A stretch of 64,000 nucleotides of DNA from Carcharhinus amblyrhynchos (Eukaryota). The translations under genes were made by a program, and so were the position numbers. Each line of letters starts with the position of its first letter. Position 1 is the stretch's first letter. The stretch lies in assembly GCA_965287045.1 (NCBI GenBank), contig OZ336885.1, forward strand, positions 65,162,001 to 65,226,000, written 5' to 3'. The notes beneath the pieces were generated by a model. It worked only from the letters and a program-made list of their open reading frames with translations. It had not been told where the DNA came from and did not search any database. Positions 11,746 through 25,429 of the stretch are shown one piece after another.

Positions 11746-14687
11746 CTAGGAAAAGGAAAAAAAGAATTCTGCATAACACATTCTTGTGATGACATTACTT
11801 CTCAGATCCAGATAAAAAAAAGAGATACGGCAGGCACGAGACATATGCAGATCATATTCTTGTCCTTAGCAGAAGTGTTTCATCATTAATTGAAATAAAA
11901 TGGAAAAGTATTTATGACGAACAAAATAATAAAATTTTGTAGCTCATTTCATATTTTCAACTCGTTAATATGTGATATTCCAACATGTGTTTATTCTTCT
12001 GCATTGTGTTATATTAGAAGCTTCAGTAATATAAACCAATAATCGAAATAAATAATAGTGTGTTATTGCTCCCGCCATTCACCACACATTATGACGAAGC
12101 AGGTAGGTAAATTGAAAAACAAGGGAAGAACTTGATTGCCAGTATCAACCAGTGTTAGATTTAAAATGACTGAAACAATGACCAGATAGTTAATTGAGCC
12201 AAGGTTTATTATCCTCTGGATTGGCGAAACAAAATGAACGTTCGAGGTTCTGTTTTGGCGACAACAGCAGGGAAATTACATAAACTGTCGGACACTTGTG
12301 AAGACAGAGAACTTTCCAGATTTATCCATGCTCGTGAAATATGTTTTGTTTCGTTTCGATCGTCTGTGCAAGCCAAATTTTACGTGAAATTGAAGGTGAC
12401 TATTTCAAAATCAGCCTTTTGTGTTGAGTCGTCAAGCATTAGACAGTAGAGGCTGACGACGGATTCGTGAAAACAATCGTATTTGGTTCCTTTCATCAAC
12501 TGGATTTACACCCTAAAATGTTATCAATATTTATTGTCAGATTAAGCCTGGGAACGTTTTACAAAACCAGATTCATACACTGCAGGTTAATATGCAGGAA
12601 CTAACAGCAACAAATCACAACGCAATTAATTATCCGTAGTTCAACGTTGTACTTCCAAATCCACAGCAGCTTCTCATTTGCACATCGATAATGGAATTGA
12701 TTTCAGTTCATTTCACTTGATCCCATGCCTTAAAGAAAGCATCCACAACTACACCTCGTGATAATTCCTCCTTATGCATATAACAGTGGAAAATGATCCA
12801 AACCACAATTTGAAGACAAATTTTTGGTTCATAAGCAGAACTTCTTTCTTTATGTTTATTTTCCTTAATGACTAAGATGTCTCCGATGTTATCACTCACT
12901 GTCTCTATCAAATGACGAGATGGTTCACACTATAGGAAACATGGAAGAGACATTCTTTCTCATCTGTCGCTCCCAATGCTTTCCTATGATGGTAATCTTT
13001 GACGCACACAAATATGCAAATATTACTCTCACAGACAAATATGTGGCATCATATCTGTCACTTTTCAGAGAAAACATAACTCTAAAACAATCACGAATTA
13101 ACGAAAAGTATTTACTTCACAGGCGGCTGCGGAGAGAGTAAATAATGGCCCAAACATTTCTTTTCCTAACTGCTGTTTCCCTGTTAAATGAACTAACAAA
13201 GCATGCTCAGGTGTTTGCACTCATCGCATTCCCACAAAGGAATGGTAAATCTTCAACTGCGCGATCAGTGATGTTAAATAGTCAGTAAAATAACACATGT
13301 GCGAGACTGAAAAAAAAAAATGAGCGTGTATCTTGGCATTATTAATTTTTTCCTTGGTTCAAATTGTGAATTCGGGGCCTCAAATGGAATATGTTTTAAG
13401 TTAGGCTCATGCAATAATTCCGAAAAAACATTTAAGTGCTGAAATTTAGTGAAGTTCGAGAGGAATGAAAAAATACACACGGGGGTCACATTGTTTTTTT
13501 TATATATATATTTTTCAAATTATGCACGTTTCGGAGGTGGGATTTATCTGCTGCAATATTAAATGCGGTTTATTAGACGATTTCCTCGTGATGAAGCAAG
13601 GCGTTTTCTTTTAAGAAAGGGTAACCAATTCAAGCAGTTGTGCTGAGTTTAATTGCTAATGATAATTCGGAACAAAGAAAAATATATCTGAATATCTGAA
13701 CTCGAAACTTCTTAGCTTTTTATTTTCCACTTTGTCCAGGGCCGGGCGGTCAACAGTCGATGTTTAACGATGGTGTAATCTTGACTGAGAGTTTCCGGTC
13801 TGGATCCTGAGGTGCACATATTGCAATGCATCATTGAGGTATTTGTGAATTTAAGTGGATTGTTTGCTTCGGGGGAAAATACGTTACAACACATATTATG
13901 AAATGATTTCGGATTTGTTATCAACTTTTTTCAAAGCAATTGGGCTGCAGTGTTAATGAGCGAATTGAGTTTCTTCATAAATATACAACAAACTATTAAG
14001 GGGGGTGGCATGGGGATGGACGGACATGTTTGTGGGTGCGGTGGAGGCAGAAACTCTGTAGAAGGGAGCAAAATCATTAAAATAATTCGCGCAATTATTG
14101 GCAGCACTGAGAGCAAACGCAGATGGCTGACGTCATATTTCTAATTATATGGAGATTGTTTGAAATGGACAATGGAACAGAAAACGCAAACTTGTTGCTT
14201 ATTGAGTACAGTGTCTGCCAGCTAGAAATAATTGGATGTTGCTATATAACATGTTCAAACAGGGCACATGGGTTGCAACAGGAGATAAAGGCAAAGTTTA
14301 TGTGGTTTTGTGACATGGAAATCATGTTTCTTCAACAAATTTGCTTTTCTTCAGTAAGGAGCTTGTGCTGCGAATAATATGTCACAACGGGATGAATATT
14401 ACACGTGTCTCCACATGATTTATGCTAAATGTCTACGTCAATGTTGCTGCAGAAAACAGAATCTCAAATAATATGGGTCAACCCGCATGCATGCACGGAA
14501 GATGGGTTGCTATTCCAAAGCAAAAAGTCGACAACAAAAAAACGCATTCTAAGTTCGTTAAAATGCGATGAGATGAGTGTCATTCTATCTCAAACTTTTC
14601 AATTCACAGGGGTGATGGAGGTCAAAGGGTTGAAGAGATGGTGTTCCAGTTTGATGATGCCAGAAAATGAGGAAAGTAAGTATCTAC

Positions 14688-14910
14688 GAATTCTCTGCCC
14701 GTTGAAGTGGTGGAGGCTGCCTCGCTAAATATTTTTAACACGCAGGTTGATGGGTTTTTGATAAGAGAGGGGATTAAGGGTTATGGGGAGAGGGCGGGAA
14801 AGTGGAACTGAGCCACGACAGATCAGCCATGATCTTATTGAATGGCGGGGCAGGCTCGAAGGGATAGATGGCCTACTCCTGCTCTTATTTCTTATGTTCT
14901 TATGTTCTTA
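14688..14910 (+). mobile_element. Young CR1 3'-end fragment (same family as 6513-7240)
   Basis: Near-identical to 7018-7240, with the (ttcttatg)n tail. Confidence 0.95.
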
Positions 14911-15734
14911 TGAATGCAATTTCATGACAGAATATGAGGTAGTGTAGAATTCTTTGTACGAGGCCCTTCATTTGATTTTTACAATAATAAGCGGACAAGG
15001 TTAATGTACTTGTAAAGTGCCTCATTATATATTGAGAATTCACAACATGCCGGAAACAAATTGTACACTGCAAAGCTATTATACTGTGCATAATTTAAAT
15101 TAACCACATATTAGAAGTTTAAATCTCATTTTCAATTTCTAAGAATAGTGTGTCTTGGGCAACTTCGTTCTGAATGCAGCATCATGGGGCACAATGATAG
15201 AAGGCTAATTTTTTCGAATGCAATGGGGCAGGGAAAGACAGCTTTTGTTACCTGTTTTTGCCTGTACTAAATGATGTTTAATAGGGTTTTGTATGAAAGA
15301 GAGTGGATTTGTTCACAGTGCAATGTTCTTGGGTAGCGAAGCTGGAAATGTCTCTCAGGCTGATCGCGGGAGACAAATTCGGCCGATTAATTATCCAAGC
15401 TACAACGACTGACCTTCATTATCTGAATTTACAAGGCTTAAGTTTTCTAGGTAATGGTCTCATATTTCTGTTGGCAAGTGGGGCATTAGTTTCCAAGTTA
15501 ACAATAATCAATTTTGTGAGTGGATTCTCCAGTTTGATTGACAAGGCTGGGCAGCATATTAAAATGCTCAAAATAATATAATACTTTTTTTAACGATTTT
15601 GAGATTAAATCGGAGAGCACAGTCAACCCTCATTGAACGTGTCTCCCTCCTGATGCAAACATCGGCAAACCAATTCATTTTCGTTCTTTAAATATGCTGT
15701 CTTTTGCAGTCCACCTGTTGTTTGAATGTTTCAT

Positions 15735-17140
15735 AGTGTCACAGAGTCATAGAGGTTTACAGAACGGAAACAGACCCTTCGGACCAATGTGTGAATGCGG
15801 CCTTTTTAACACTTAATTTAGTCCCAATTGTCCGAGTTGATCCATATCTCTCTATACTCATCTTGCCCATGTAAATGATTATTTTTTTAATACAGAATTG
15901 TACCTGCCTCGACTACTACAGCTGATGCGTTCCAGGCACACATCACCCTCTGTGCGAAAAATAAATGCTCCTTTGGACCCTTTCATATCTCGCCCCTCTC
16001 AAATTAAACCTCCGTCCTCTATTTTTAGACTCTCCAATCTTTGGGAGAAGATATTGACAGATGAATACCCTGATTATTTTAAAAAACCCTCTAAGGTCAC
16101 CCATCAGACTTTTATGCTCCAGAGGGGTAAAAAAAAATCACAATGTTTTCAGTCTTATAACACAAAACATAACGTCCCAGGAGCATGCTATTAAATTTTC
16201 TCTGCAGTCGTTCTAGTTTAGTAATACATTTTCTATCAGAGTGACCAGGGCTGCAATCAGTATCTCAAGAGTGGCCTTACCAATGTCTTGCACAACTTCA
16301 ACAAGGCGTCAGAACTCCTGTATTCAATATGCTGACGAATGCAGCCATGATGTGGAGATGCCGGCTTTGGACTGTGGTAAACAGAGAAAGAAGTCTCACA
16401 ACACCAGATTAAAGTCCAACAGATTTATTTGGTAGTAAACGTCACTAACATTCGAGGTTTCCTCCTTCGTCTTACGAATGCAGAGTTCTGTTCACAAACA
16501 GAACATATAAAGGCACACACTGTTCACAGATACTGGTTAGAATGCGAATCTTTAGAGTTATTCAGTTCTTAAACTGCAGACAATGTAGGTGGAGATAGCA
16601 TTAAGCATTGGTTAAAGAGTTGCGTATTGTCTCCAGACAGGACAGTAAGCCCCGTCTGAAGACTGGATCTGTAACCCTCATCACTTGCCTGGGCTTGCAA
16701 CATCTCACTTATTGTCCTGTTTGGAGACAGTACACAGATCTTTAACCTATGCTTTATGCTATCTCCATTCATTGCCTGCACCTTTAAGAATTGATTTGCT
16801 GTAAAGTCTCACATTCTAATCAGTATTCTGTGTGTGCCTTTATATGCTCTGTGACCAGAACTCTCCACTCACCTGACGAAGGGGCAAACCCCAAAAGCTC
16901 GTGGAGTTTACTATCAAATACGCCTGTTGGACTTTAACCTGGTGTTGCGAAACTTCTTACTGACCAATGTAACCAAGCATGCCGAATGCTGTCTTCACCA
17001 CTCTGTCCATCTTTGTCACCAATTTCAAGAAACTATGGACCTGTATCCCTAAATATCTTCATTCTGTAACTCTACCCAACGCCATATCATTAGCTGGCCT
17101 GGTTCCATCTAGCAAAATGCGTCAGCTCAATTTCATCGAA
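15735..17140 (-). mobile_element. Older CR1 3' fragment interrupted by a Penelope hairpin element
   Basis: Begins with the reverse tail acagagtcatagaggtttacag, homologous to the reverse complement of 8935-9875. Resumes after 16960. Confidence 0.8.
16347..16960. mobile_element. Penelope-derived palindromic element (inverted pLTRs)
   Basis: aagaagtctcacaacaccagattaaagtccaacag (16388-16422) pairs with ctgttggactttaacctggtgttgcgaaacttctt (16924-16958), and the inner arms are also complementary. Imperfect flanking repeat ctgacgaatgcagcca / ctgaccaatgtaacca. Confidence 0.8.
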
Positions 17141-18385
17141 ATCAAAAATATCAAAACTGTGATTTAGTAATTGACACTCAACTGTCAACTAAATACAGGG
17201 CCCCCCAAGAAGGCAAAAAAAAATGTTTTTTTTCTTACAAACATAGAATCTCCATTGACGGAAGAGTAACATTCAAGAAAATACACGTGCAAATACTAAG
17301 AGTTTGCAGAACAATAGCAGACAGTAACATGTGGAGCTCCGAGAACACACATAACCCAAATGCCGACTTACAATTTCAGAAAGTAAGTAAGCAAAACAAA
17401 TAAACATTTCATGACGAGAGTGATTGTAAACAATGCAAGCAATCAAGCTGTGTGTGGGTGTGGGGGGAGGTGCGATCAGACCACTTTTGAAAATATTAAA
17501 GGAGGAATTATGCAATTAGGTTAGAAGTAGCGCAGAGAGGAAAAAAAAAACTTCAAAGCCTACTTGCTTGAAGGCGTGTGTTGACTTATCAGCAAATGTT
17601 TGCAGACACATCTTATATCGCCTTTTTGAGTTTTACAGTAAGATACCTGAGAGAAATGTTCAAAATTCTCAGGCTTCTACACAGGGTGGATATGGATAGA
17701 AATGATCCTCTTCAAGAAGAATACAACCCCATCGAAATTCAGTAGTAAGAAATAAAAAAAAATGCCTCCCATTTGAAACGAAGATGAACAAAAGTATCAC
17801 AAAAATAATTGTGACGTTTTTGGTAGTGGCTTCTTGAGTTTTTTTTTTAGTTTTTTTTCATTTATGTCGGGTGGTTGGATATCTATTTTCGTCAGCAAAA
17901 CTTGTCATGCAACAGTACGTAGGATGATGAATTATTAATATCAGGTTATATACTGTTTTGACAAATGACACAGAATTCATATGCAGCTGAATGACCTACT
18001 GCTGTTCCTTTTGCCTAAGTTTCATGTTTGCATTGTCGTTCCACAATGCTTTTGAGAGTGCATAATTGTTTGACAGCTTACTTAGTTCTGAACCGTCTTT
18101 AACCGAACAACAGTAATGATTTATTTTCCTGTCAGCATAGATGTAGATAGCAAAAACTAAATGAACGGGATATTTAAAAGCACATCCGCCTGAATTCGAT
18201 ATGATCGTGCCCGAGGCCAACACATAATTGCGCTCTCGGAGCTTCACCCACCCGCGGAATCGGGGCAGCGGTGCTGGTAAACCTCTGGTCATTCATTCTC
18301 CACAGTGTGTAATAGTATTCTCGATGTTCGCTATCGACACATAAAATCTCAAACACAAAGTCAAACAAGAGAAAAAAATATGTAC

Positions 18386-18406
18386 CAGCAGTGTAAATAT
18401 CCACCA
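18386..18406 (-). CDS. Candidate 21-nt micro-exon, phase 1: (V)VDIYTA
   Basis: ttcatttgtcttctcttatacccaacag|TGGTGGATATTTACACTGCTG|gtacat. Confidence 0.45.
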
Positions 18407-18579
18407 CTGTTGGGTATAAGAGAAGACAAATGAAGAATTGCAACATTTCGTTTCTTTCCCATGAACAGAAATCTAGTTCGGAGGAAACACATATCATACC
18501 AACACTGAAACCTCGAAAGGACTTTCTGCAATCCTACACAAGGTGTATACACATAACCCATGTCACACTATAACTGTAC

Positions 18580-18603
18580 CTTCAAAAATCCTTTCATCAA
18601 TAA
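18580..18603 (-). CDS. Candidate 24-nt micro-exon, phase 1: (V)IDERIFE
   Basis: ccttctctccttcctcttctgctgatttgcag|TTATTGATGAAAGGATTTTTGAAG|gtacag. Confidence 0.45.
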
Positions 18604-19028
18604 CTGCAAATCAGCAGAAGAGGAAGGAGAGAAGGAAACTATTTCTGAATATTTGGCTGTATTGCAACATTCTTGGAGGATCCATGTCTGATTTCGGGGA
18701 AAACATATATCAGTGTTCGTCCATGAAATAAGTTAGGTAAGTTATTGAAGATTTCACGAAAATCAACAATTTGAATAAATCGGTACAAAATCATTTTGCA
18801 GGATTGTGGGTTTGTAAAGTAATGTAAAACAACATGAACATCTTTGTTCACCAAAAAAAATCATCGTTTGAAATTAACCCATCAAATGCAATAATGCAAG
18901 TATGATCTTTTTAATACAGCATGAGTTTTCATCCTCTGAGGAGACTTATGTAACATGTGGATGTATGAATTTTTCGAACGTAACACTAAAATTTATGCTC
19001 TCAACCACATAAACCAACATACGAATAC

Positions 19029-19061
19029 CTGTCCAAACGTATATTTTACACGATGGCACCC
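19029..19061 (-). CDS. Candidate 33-nt exon, phase 1: xVPSCKIYVWT
   Basis: ttttattgtatttacaaag|GGGTGCC...TTGGACAG|gtattc; AAG acceptor, weaker than the others. Confidence 0.3.
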
Positions 19062-20100
19062 CTTTGTAAATACAATAAAATTAGACACAACTATTTCTGT
19101 TTCTCTGTCTTTTTCTATTACTTGAAAATTATTTGTTTATATTCCCTCAGACCTTGCGACTGGATTGTTGTAGTCCATCTGAGCTCTTCACAACTTGTTT
19201 TCCGTCCTAACTTTGTCTGCTGTGGAAATTTAATTAGTTCTGCCTTGGCACTCCATTTATATAGGAAAATCACATTTAATACAACTTGTTGAAATTTATT
19301 GATTCCTGTTGCACACAACCTGTGGCAGCTTACAAGTTGAAGTTACTTACACTCATAGTCAGATTGTTGAAATCCTCTTCGCCGCGCTGTTGTTTATCAG
19401 TTTTCCTCTTCTCCCCCCGAAAACAAGTTTTTTTTTCGCAAATAATTAAATAGTGTACATTGCAAGTACCTTTTCAGGCACCAAATAAAAGTAAATGTCA
19501 CATTTTTTTTTCCTTCGTCAGTTATTATACCTCTCGAGGCATAAATTATCAAAATATATCCCCCTTCATTTAATGTAGGCATAGTGCAAAAAAAAACGGC
19601 ATCATTGGTTAAGAAGATGCAAGCTATTATACTGTGTAAATGTCAGGGCAGAGGGGCTTTGTTTTGCGAATTTTCGTCTATCTCCTTTTCTCAAATACAG
19701 GAACAAGATTAAATAGCTTGCAGTCAGAAAGCTTCTCAGCATGTAGCCAATTTACAAAACTTGCATCTGCTACATCAGATTCGTCCTTTATTAGGGAGGG
19801 CATTGCAGGACATCAGCTCTCCTTAACATCTGAGCTTTGAGTTTCAAGTGTTTTCTCAACAATCTTTCCCATGGATTTTAATTGCTTCAAGTTCCACCCT
19901 GTCTTAGTTCGCTTGGTTTCAAAGATTTTCCCATATGCTGTCTTTGCATTCAATCATGAAGACTGATGGGGGAAAAAAATGACTAACATCTCATCACCTT
20001 TAAGATGTTTCCACTGCTAATTTCCCCAGAGACTTTCTTTAGAGAATTATTTTTCAGTCAGGTTTTTTATTATGTTTGAATATACTCGGTGTGGTGTTGC

Positions 20101-20565
20101 ATCAAAAATAAAATCACACAGTAAAATAAGTTTTTCCTAAGTCAATCACGCAAACTTCGACCGATGCAATTAGGGAATCGATAAATGAATTTTCCACACA
20201 CAAAAAAAACATCAGCTGCAAGTTTGAAGGTGATGGCCTTTTAAAACTGCAGGTCCTCATCGGTGATTAGAGTCCCTCCAACACAATGGCCATGCAAGGG
20301 ATAAAACAAAGTGATGCAGCTCAAGGATTTTGCAATTAACATACGTAATGTTGCACTAATTTGAAAATAAAATGTAGACTTCCTTCACAGCGGGTGAGTC
20401 GCTTAGTGACCAGATCATTAAAACAAAAGTGACGCCAGAACGATGAACAAACAACGGTGAGGAGGATCAAGCTACTCAGCTGAAAACAGAAATATCCCAT
20501 AACATTGGCAAATGGCTTAGATTATGAGTTTTTTACTTTTGTTCATTTTTTCCCCAAACTCTGGC
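20101..20565 (+). repeat. Left arm of a ~460-bp long inverted repeat
   Basis: atcaaaaataaaatcacacagtaaaataag... is the reverse complement of the sequence ending at 21960. The match runs to ccccaaactctggc, pairing with gccaaagtttggg at 21501. Confidence 0.95.
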
Positions 20566-21500
20566 GTTGCAATACTGAGAGCAAGCGTAATTTTATTTGA
20601 TAATTTAATACTCAGATATTGTTATTAGCTATTAATTATTAGATTTTTTTGGACTAATTGTGTCTGTATTTTTTTATCTGACTCCAAATTTGATGATGGT
20701 TAGAACCTCCCTTCCAATTAGCAAATACATATAATTTATTAAGAACTAAAACCAATGCACATCAGATTTCTGCAGCTCTTTTATAGTCTCTCAAGAACTC
20801 GTTTTTTTTTATCGGGCGGAAATGTCCTATATATTTCCCAGGAATTTTAATGGGTGTGATAACAATTCACGAGAAAAAAAAGGCAAGCAATAATGTCGTG
20901 ACAACATCCAGCTCAGCATGATTTAAACATTTGGCTTAACTGAAGTGTCAAATAAGTGTGCAACCTGAGGAAATGTACTTGTTGTTTAAACAGTGTTCTT
21001 CACTTTCTACTTAAGTTCTGTGGTGGTTTCCACTTGCTACATGCAATTGGCATGTACTGTTAAGTTGTGCGATGTTCTCCACTTCTTTTTCAATGACATA
21101 CTTGACAGTAGACAATTATTTCCATGCAGTGTTAATATATTTAATGTTGTTGATCACCTCATTCTTCACCACTTCGATTAAAAACCTCACTGAGATTTCT
21201 CAGTTCAGCACATACGATTGAATCATCTTACTACACTGAAGTTATCAAACTACCTAACTTTTTTTTTCTGGACCCCTACACTTGTTCAATCGTAAACAAG
21301 TTTCCAATGAGATTCTAAATTTTGACCCTCACGTCTGCAAACATCACCGAAGAACAGGTTGCAACTTGTTTAATCAATTGCAAGTTGCATGCAATACATT
21401 CCAAATCACAAGTTGATTGTGACACTGAAATTGTTTTTTTTAATCTATATCAGGTAATGTGATTAGTTGCTTGTCATGAGGACGTAAAACTTATGTCACA

Positions 21501-21960
21501 GCCAAAGTTTGGGAAAATGAAATAGGAACAAAAGACAAAAACTCATAATCTAAGCCATTTGCCAATGTTTTGGGATATTTCTGTTTTCAGCTGAGTACCT
21601 TGATCCTCCTCACCAGTTCGTCCATCGTTCTGGACTCATTCTTTTTAATGATCTGGTCACTATGTGACTCAACCACTATGAAGGAACTGTACGTTTTATT
21701 TTCAAATTAGCGCAACATTACGTATGTTAACTGCAAAATCATTGAGCTGCATCATTTTATTTTATCCTTTGCATGACCACTGTGTTGAAGGGACACGAAC
21801 CAACGATGCGGACCTGCAGGTTTAAGAGGCCATCACCTTCAAACTTGCAGCTGATGTTTTTGTGTGGAATATTTATTTATCAATACCCTTAATGCATCGG
21901 TTGAAGTTTGCGTGATTGATTTAGGGAAAACGTATTTTACTGTGTGAATTTAATTTTGAT
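21501..21960 (-). repeat. Right arm of the long inverted repeat
   Basis: Reverse complement of 20101-20565 with scattered substitutions and small indels. Confidence 0.95.
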
Positions 21961-22132
21961 GGAAGTAAATATAAAACAGAAGCAATGTTAAACATTTCAA
22001 ACTGCTTTGACGATACAAGAAGCTGCACTTTACCTCAGCGATCCTAAAAAAAAAAGGTGCCCCTCAAATACATCGTTCGTGAAAAACATACAACCTCTCA
22101 TCTAGTTTTGTTGGTCCCTCAGTGAATGTGAG

Positions 22133-22135
<3 letters not shown>

Positions 22136-22167
<32 letters not shown>
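22136..22167. repeat. (CT)n microsatellite
   Basis: Direct read. Confidence 0.95.
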
Positions 22168-22170
<3 letters not shown>

Positions 22171-22179
22171 ATGCAGTAC

Positions 22180-22203
22180 CTCCCACGACCGCCATCCCAA
22201 AGT
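22180..22203 (-). CDS. Weak candidate 24-nt micro-exon: (H)FGMAVVG
   Basis: ttatgtatgacag|ACTTTGGGATGGCGGTCGTGGGAG|gtactg; weak pyrimidine tract and only a 72-nt upstream intron. Confidence 0.2.
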
Positions 22204-22275
22204 CTGTCATACATAATCGATGACGACGCAAAGTAGCACCATAAGGTCAACTGCGCATGATTCTGAGTCACTCAC

Positions 22276-22296
22276 GTTTTTGAAGTTTATCAATAC
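22276..22296 (-). CDS. Candidate 21-nt micro-exon, phase 1: xIDKLQK
   Basis: tttcgtttttgtttcccatag|GTATTGATAAACTTCAAAAAC|gtgagt. Confidence 0.55.
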
Positions 22297-23627
22297 CTAT
22301 GGGAAACAAAAACGAAATGGGTATCCAAAGACTACTTAGAAGTAAACGCATTTGAAAGAAATTTTGTTGAAAATGAGTTTCACAGGATAACGTGCACACG
22401 TGTCAATTACATCGTTTGGCGAAGTGCCAGCGTGTGAATTAGATATTTCAGCTGACAGCGACCAATAATCTGAAATCATATAGTGGAAGTAACTCAATAA
22501 GCATTCGCCCTGTAATACTTTTATATGGGGCGCTACTCACTCGCGACGTGAAATGTCAGAAACTGCATGCTCGTGTTGTTACCACTCAACATTTGACAGA
22601 AAACTTCCGAAGTCCAGAGATATACATGGGTTGCATCCACAGTCTGTTGAATCTAAGACGAGGGAAACAATCAGGAAATGGCAAATAAAATGATTTGGGA
22701 GCAAATTCTCCGGACAATGGAAACTTGAGGCGTAATATTGGCATTTAGATTCAGGACAACTGAATAGGCATTTACGAATCAGCAGCCAGAAATGATGGAC
22801 ACGGAGCTTTTGTGGATTTGCACAATGGATGGCCTTGATATAAGTTGTTGCGACGAAAGTGTGTTTTGAAACAGGGAAAACGATTTCAAAATCGCATACG
22901 CTTATTTTAATAAACGTCTAATTCAAGGCAGAATAATATAAACGCCGTCTTTCATTACAAGCAATGATGCTACGTTGTGTTACTTCTTTCAATTATTTCT
23001 GGAACAGTTGTATGTCAGTAGATTGCGACCATACTGTCCCAATATATGTAAGCCTTCTTTTTCTAAAATACTGAGGAGTCATCTGAAATCAACAATTCCA
23101 ACAGAGCTGGATAAAACGAAACTCATTTCTAAACAGAAATACATGTCATCCCATGCTTTCATAATTTTTTCTTCGCCTTTTTTTCAGTTTCTGTTACTTC
23201 GTTGTCAAAATGCATTCAACTCCAACGAACCTTACAATTGCAGGAACATTTTAAAAGACACGTCAAACCACTGCAAAAGTTTTTTTTTTCTATTTATATA
23301 TATACTTCCTAAGCCTCAGATTAAAATGCTAACTTTGGTTCCTCGGAAAGAACAAAATAGTTTTTTTTTTCACATGACCTCTGGTTGTTCAACGTAATCA
23401 AATTGCACTTTGAAACATTGATACGGTCGTCGTGTCACGTATGCAGTTTTAGCACACATGTAAAACTATACGACGTTTCTTCAACTTCTTGCACCATGAA
23501 TCCGCTAATTTCAAAGATCCTTCGGTTCCATTATGAAAATGAATCATCTTTATCCCCCGAATAATTATACCAACTAGGAAGCTTCAGTATTTTCAGGAAG
23601 AACGGCAAAATATTATTAGTGCCTTAC

Positions 23628-23648
23628 GGGCTTTATCTTTTTCTGACT
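23628..23648 (-). CDS. Candidate 21-nt micro-exon, phase 1: xSEKDKA
   Basis: ttgtttatcttctttccgatag|AGTCAGAAAAAGATAAAGCCC|gtaagg. Confidence 0.55.
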
Positions 23649-25262
23649 CTATCGGAAAGAAGATAAACAAATTAATATTCAACGTATGTGCAAGAACAAC
23701 CATAACACATGTAAATTCTACTGTATTATTGTGGTCTCATTTTAAGCACCTCGGCTCATAATCAAAGCTTCCAGCCATGATGTGTGCAGATGCCAATGAT
23801 CTCTCTGAATGGAAAGCTGCGATGTCTTTCAGAAGACGACGTCGGAAAGAAAAGGATAACAGATCAAAGAGACGATGGATTGAAATCCTGAAAAACACAC
23901 TCGTTGTACCTGCATTGCAGAAACTAAAAAAAAAAGTAATGGCAAAACAGTTTTTTTTTTACGAAGTACGATGTCAGTAAATGCTTTTCTGGATTGTTTG
24001 CAAACGTCATTTGACAACAAGTGACATCAGAGCCTTCACTGGACAATCATCATACATTGTTTTTTTTTCACAGGCAGATTTTGTCGGCCCTTAAATAAGG
24101 AAATAAGAATGAGTATTTGAGAGACATTTCCGGGAGGATTCGCAAAAATCTGGCATCCAAAAATTTATCCTGAATGCTGGATTCACGATAATTTATTTCG
24201 AACTTATACATGATAAGGTTAAATTCGTATGAACAAAAATGTTTCAGGTTTGATGTTTATCGTGGTCATAGCATTGGGATAGATAACACACAGTTAAGCA
24301 TAAGGGTAATGATTTTCAAACAAGCGTGCTGAATTTAAGGTGATTTATTTCGAATGACGATAGTTACAAAGCAGTTACTCTGCAGAGTCTCAACAAAAAA
24401 AGAGTTTGTATGTGCATACCATATAATTGACGGCAGATTTGAGGAAATTATCGCGGATAATTAGGGCACTTCAACTCAAGTCGGAGCAATGGGTGAAATT
24501 TCCAATTTTGTTTGGGTGCAAAAGTGTTAAATTCCGTATTTTAACCAAACTTCCAGTGAAAAGCTTTAGTAAGCCAATCGGCTTGCAACTTTTTTTTTCG
24601 GTATGTGATGCCCATTTAAGTTGCATGACTTAGCAAGTTGAAAACGAAACTCTACTTCGCAGTTCATGGAATACATTTTAAATACGTATGAAATTATTGA
24701 GTACTGCAAAAATAACGTCAGCGCAACCACGGGGATATGTTGAATACAACTTCATGCTACGTTGCATGAATAAGTTGGCTTCTCTTCCTGATTAGCGTGT
24801 GATTTATGAATTCAGGATTCAAATCACTTATGACTTTGTATTCATCAGAAGAGCATATATAGAATGCAGACTGCAGAGTTTCTATTTCAGTTCAGATTAA
24901 GAGCAGATAACGCAGTTTATGCGGGCTTTTTGTTCTCACTGCAAGGAACGATGTGTTATATATATTTTCTCCCATTTCTGAAAGCACAGAGAACTAATAT
25001 TAGATCTGTTTTATTTTGCACGTGTCTGGTGATATATATTTTAGTTGCAGAATCGCATGCGGCCCTGATTAATATATGCTTTAGCGTTTATATCAAATCT
25101 ATTGCAATGTCACAGAATTCGTTGAAGGGGATCTCTGTCAAAAAAAAACAAGCGGGCTATGGTTTTATCACATGACGGAATGACTTTCTTTATTCGTCTC
25201 TTGGACATACTAAAGCTGAAATGAACAACCAACATTTCACATCGAGTTTGGCATACACTTAC

Positions 25263-25292
25263 GAAAAAAGTGCGACATGAATTCTTCTAAAT
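25263..25292 (-). CDS. Candidate 30-nt micro-exon, phase 1: (D)LEEFMSHFF
   Basis: gaggtttcag|ATTTAGAAGAATTCATGTCGCACTTTTTTC|gtaagt; 116-nt intron from the 25409 exon. Confidence 0.4.
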
Positions 25293-25408
25293 CTGAAACC
25301 TCTTGAAATCTATGAAAACCTGACCATTATCTGACGATCTCCCAAATGGAATCATCAAGGAAGCAAACATAAGTTCATGAAGAACGAAGAAATATAAAAC
25401 TGTCTCAC

Positions 25409-25429
25409 CTTCTTTACATTTTACCACGG
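25409..25429 (-). CDS. Candidate 21-nt micro-exon, phase 1: (A)VVKCKE
   Basis: ttgtattatttcctaaag|CCGTGGTAAAATGTAAAGAAG|gtgaga. Confidence 0.45.

Noticed and set aside
22034-23924. Minus-strand 10-nt (22034-22043), 112-nt (22541-22652) and 14-nt (23911-23924) AG/GT units
   Set aside because: They are not multiples of 3, and two acceptors are only poly-T runs. Left out of the model, though 14+112 nt could combine in frame, so RNA data should test them.
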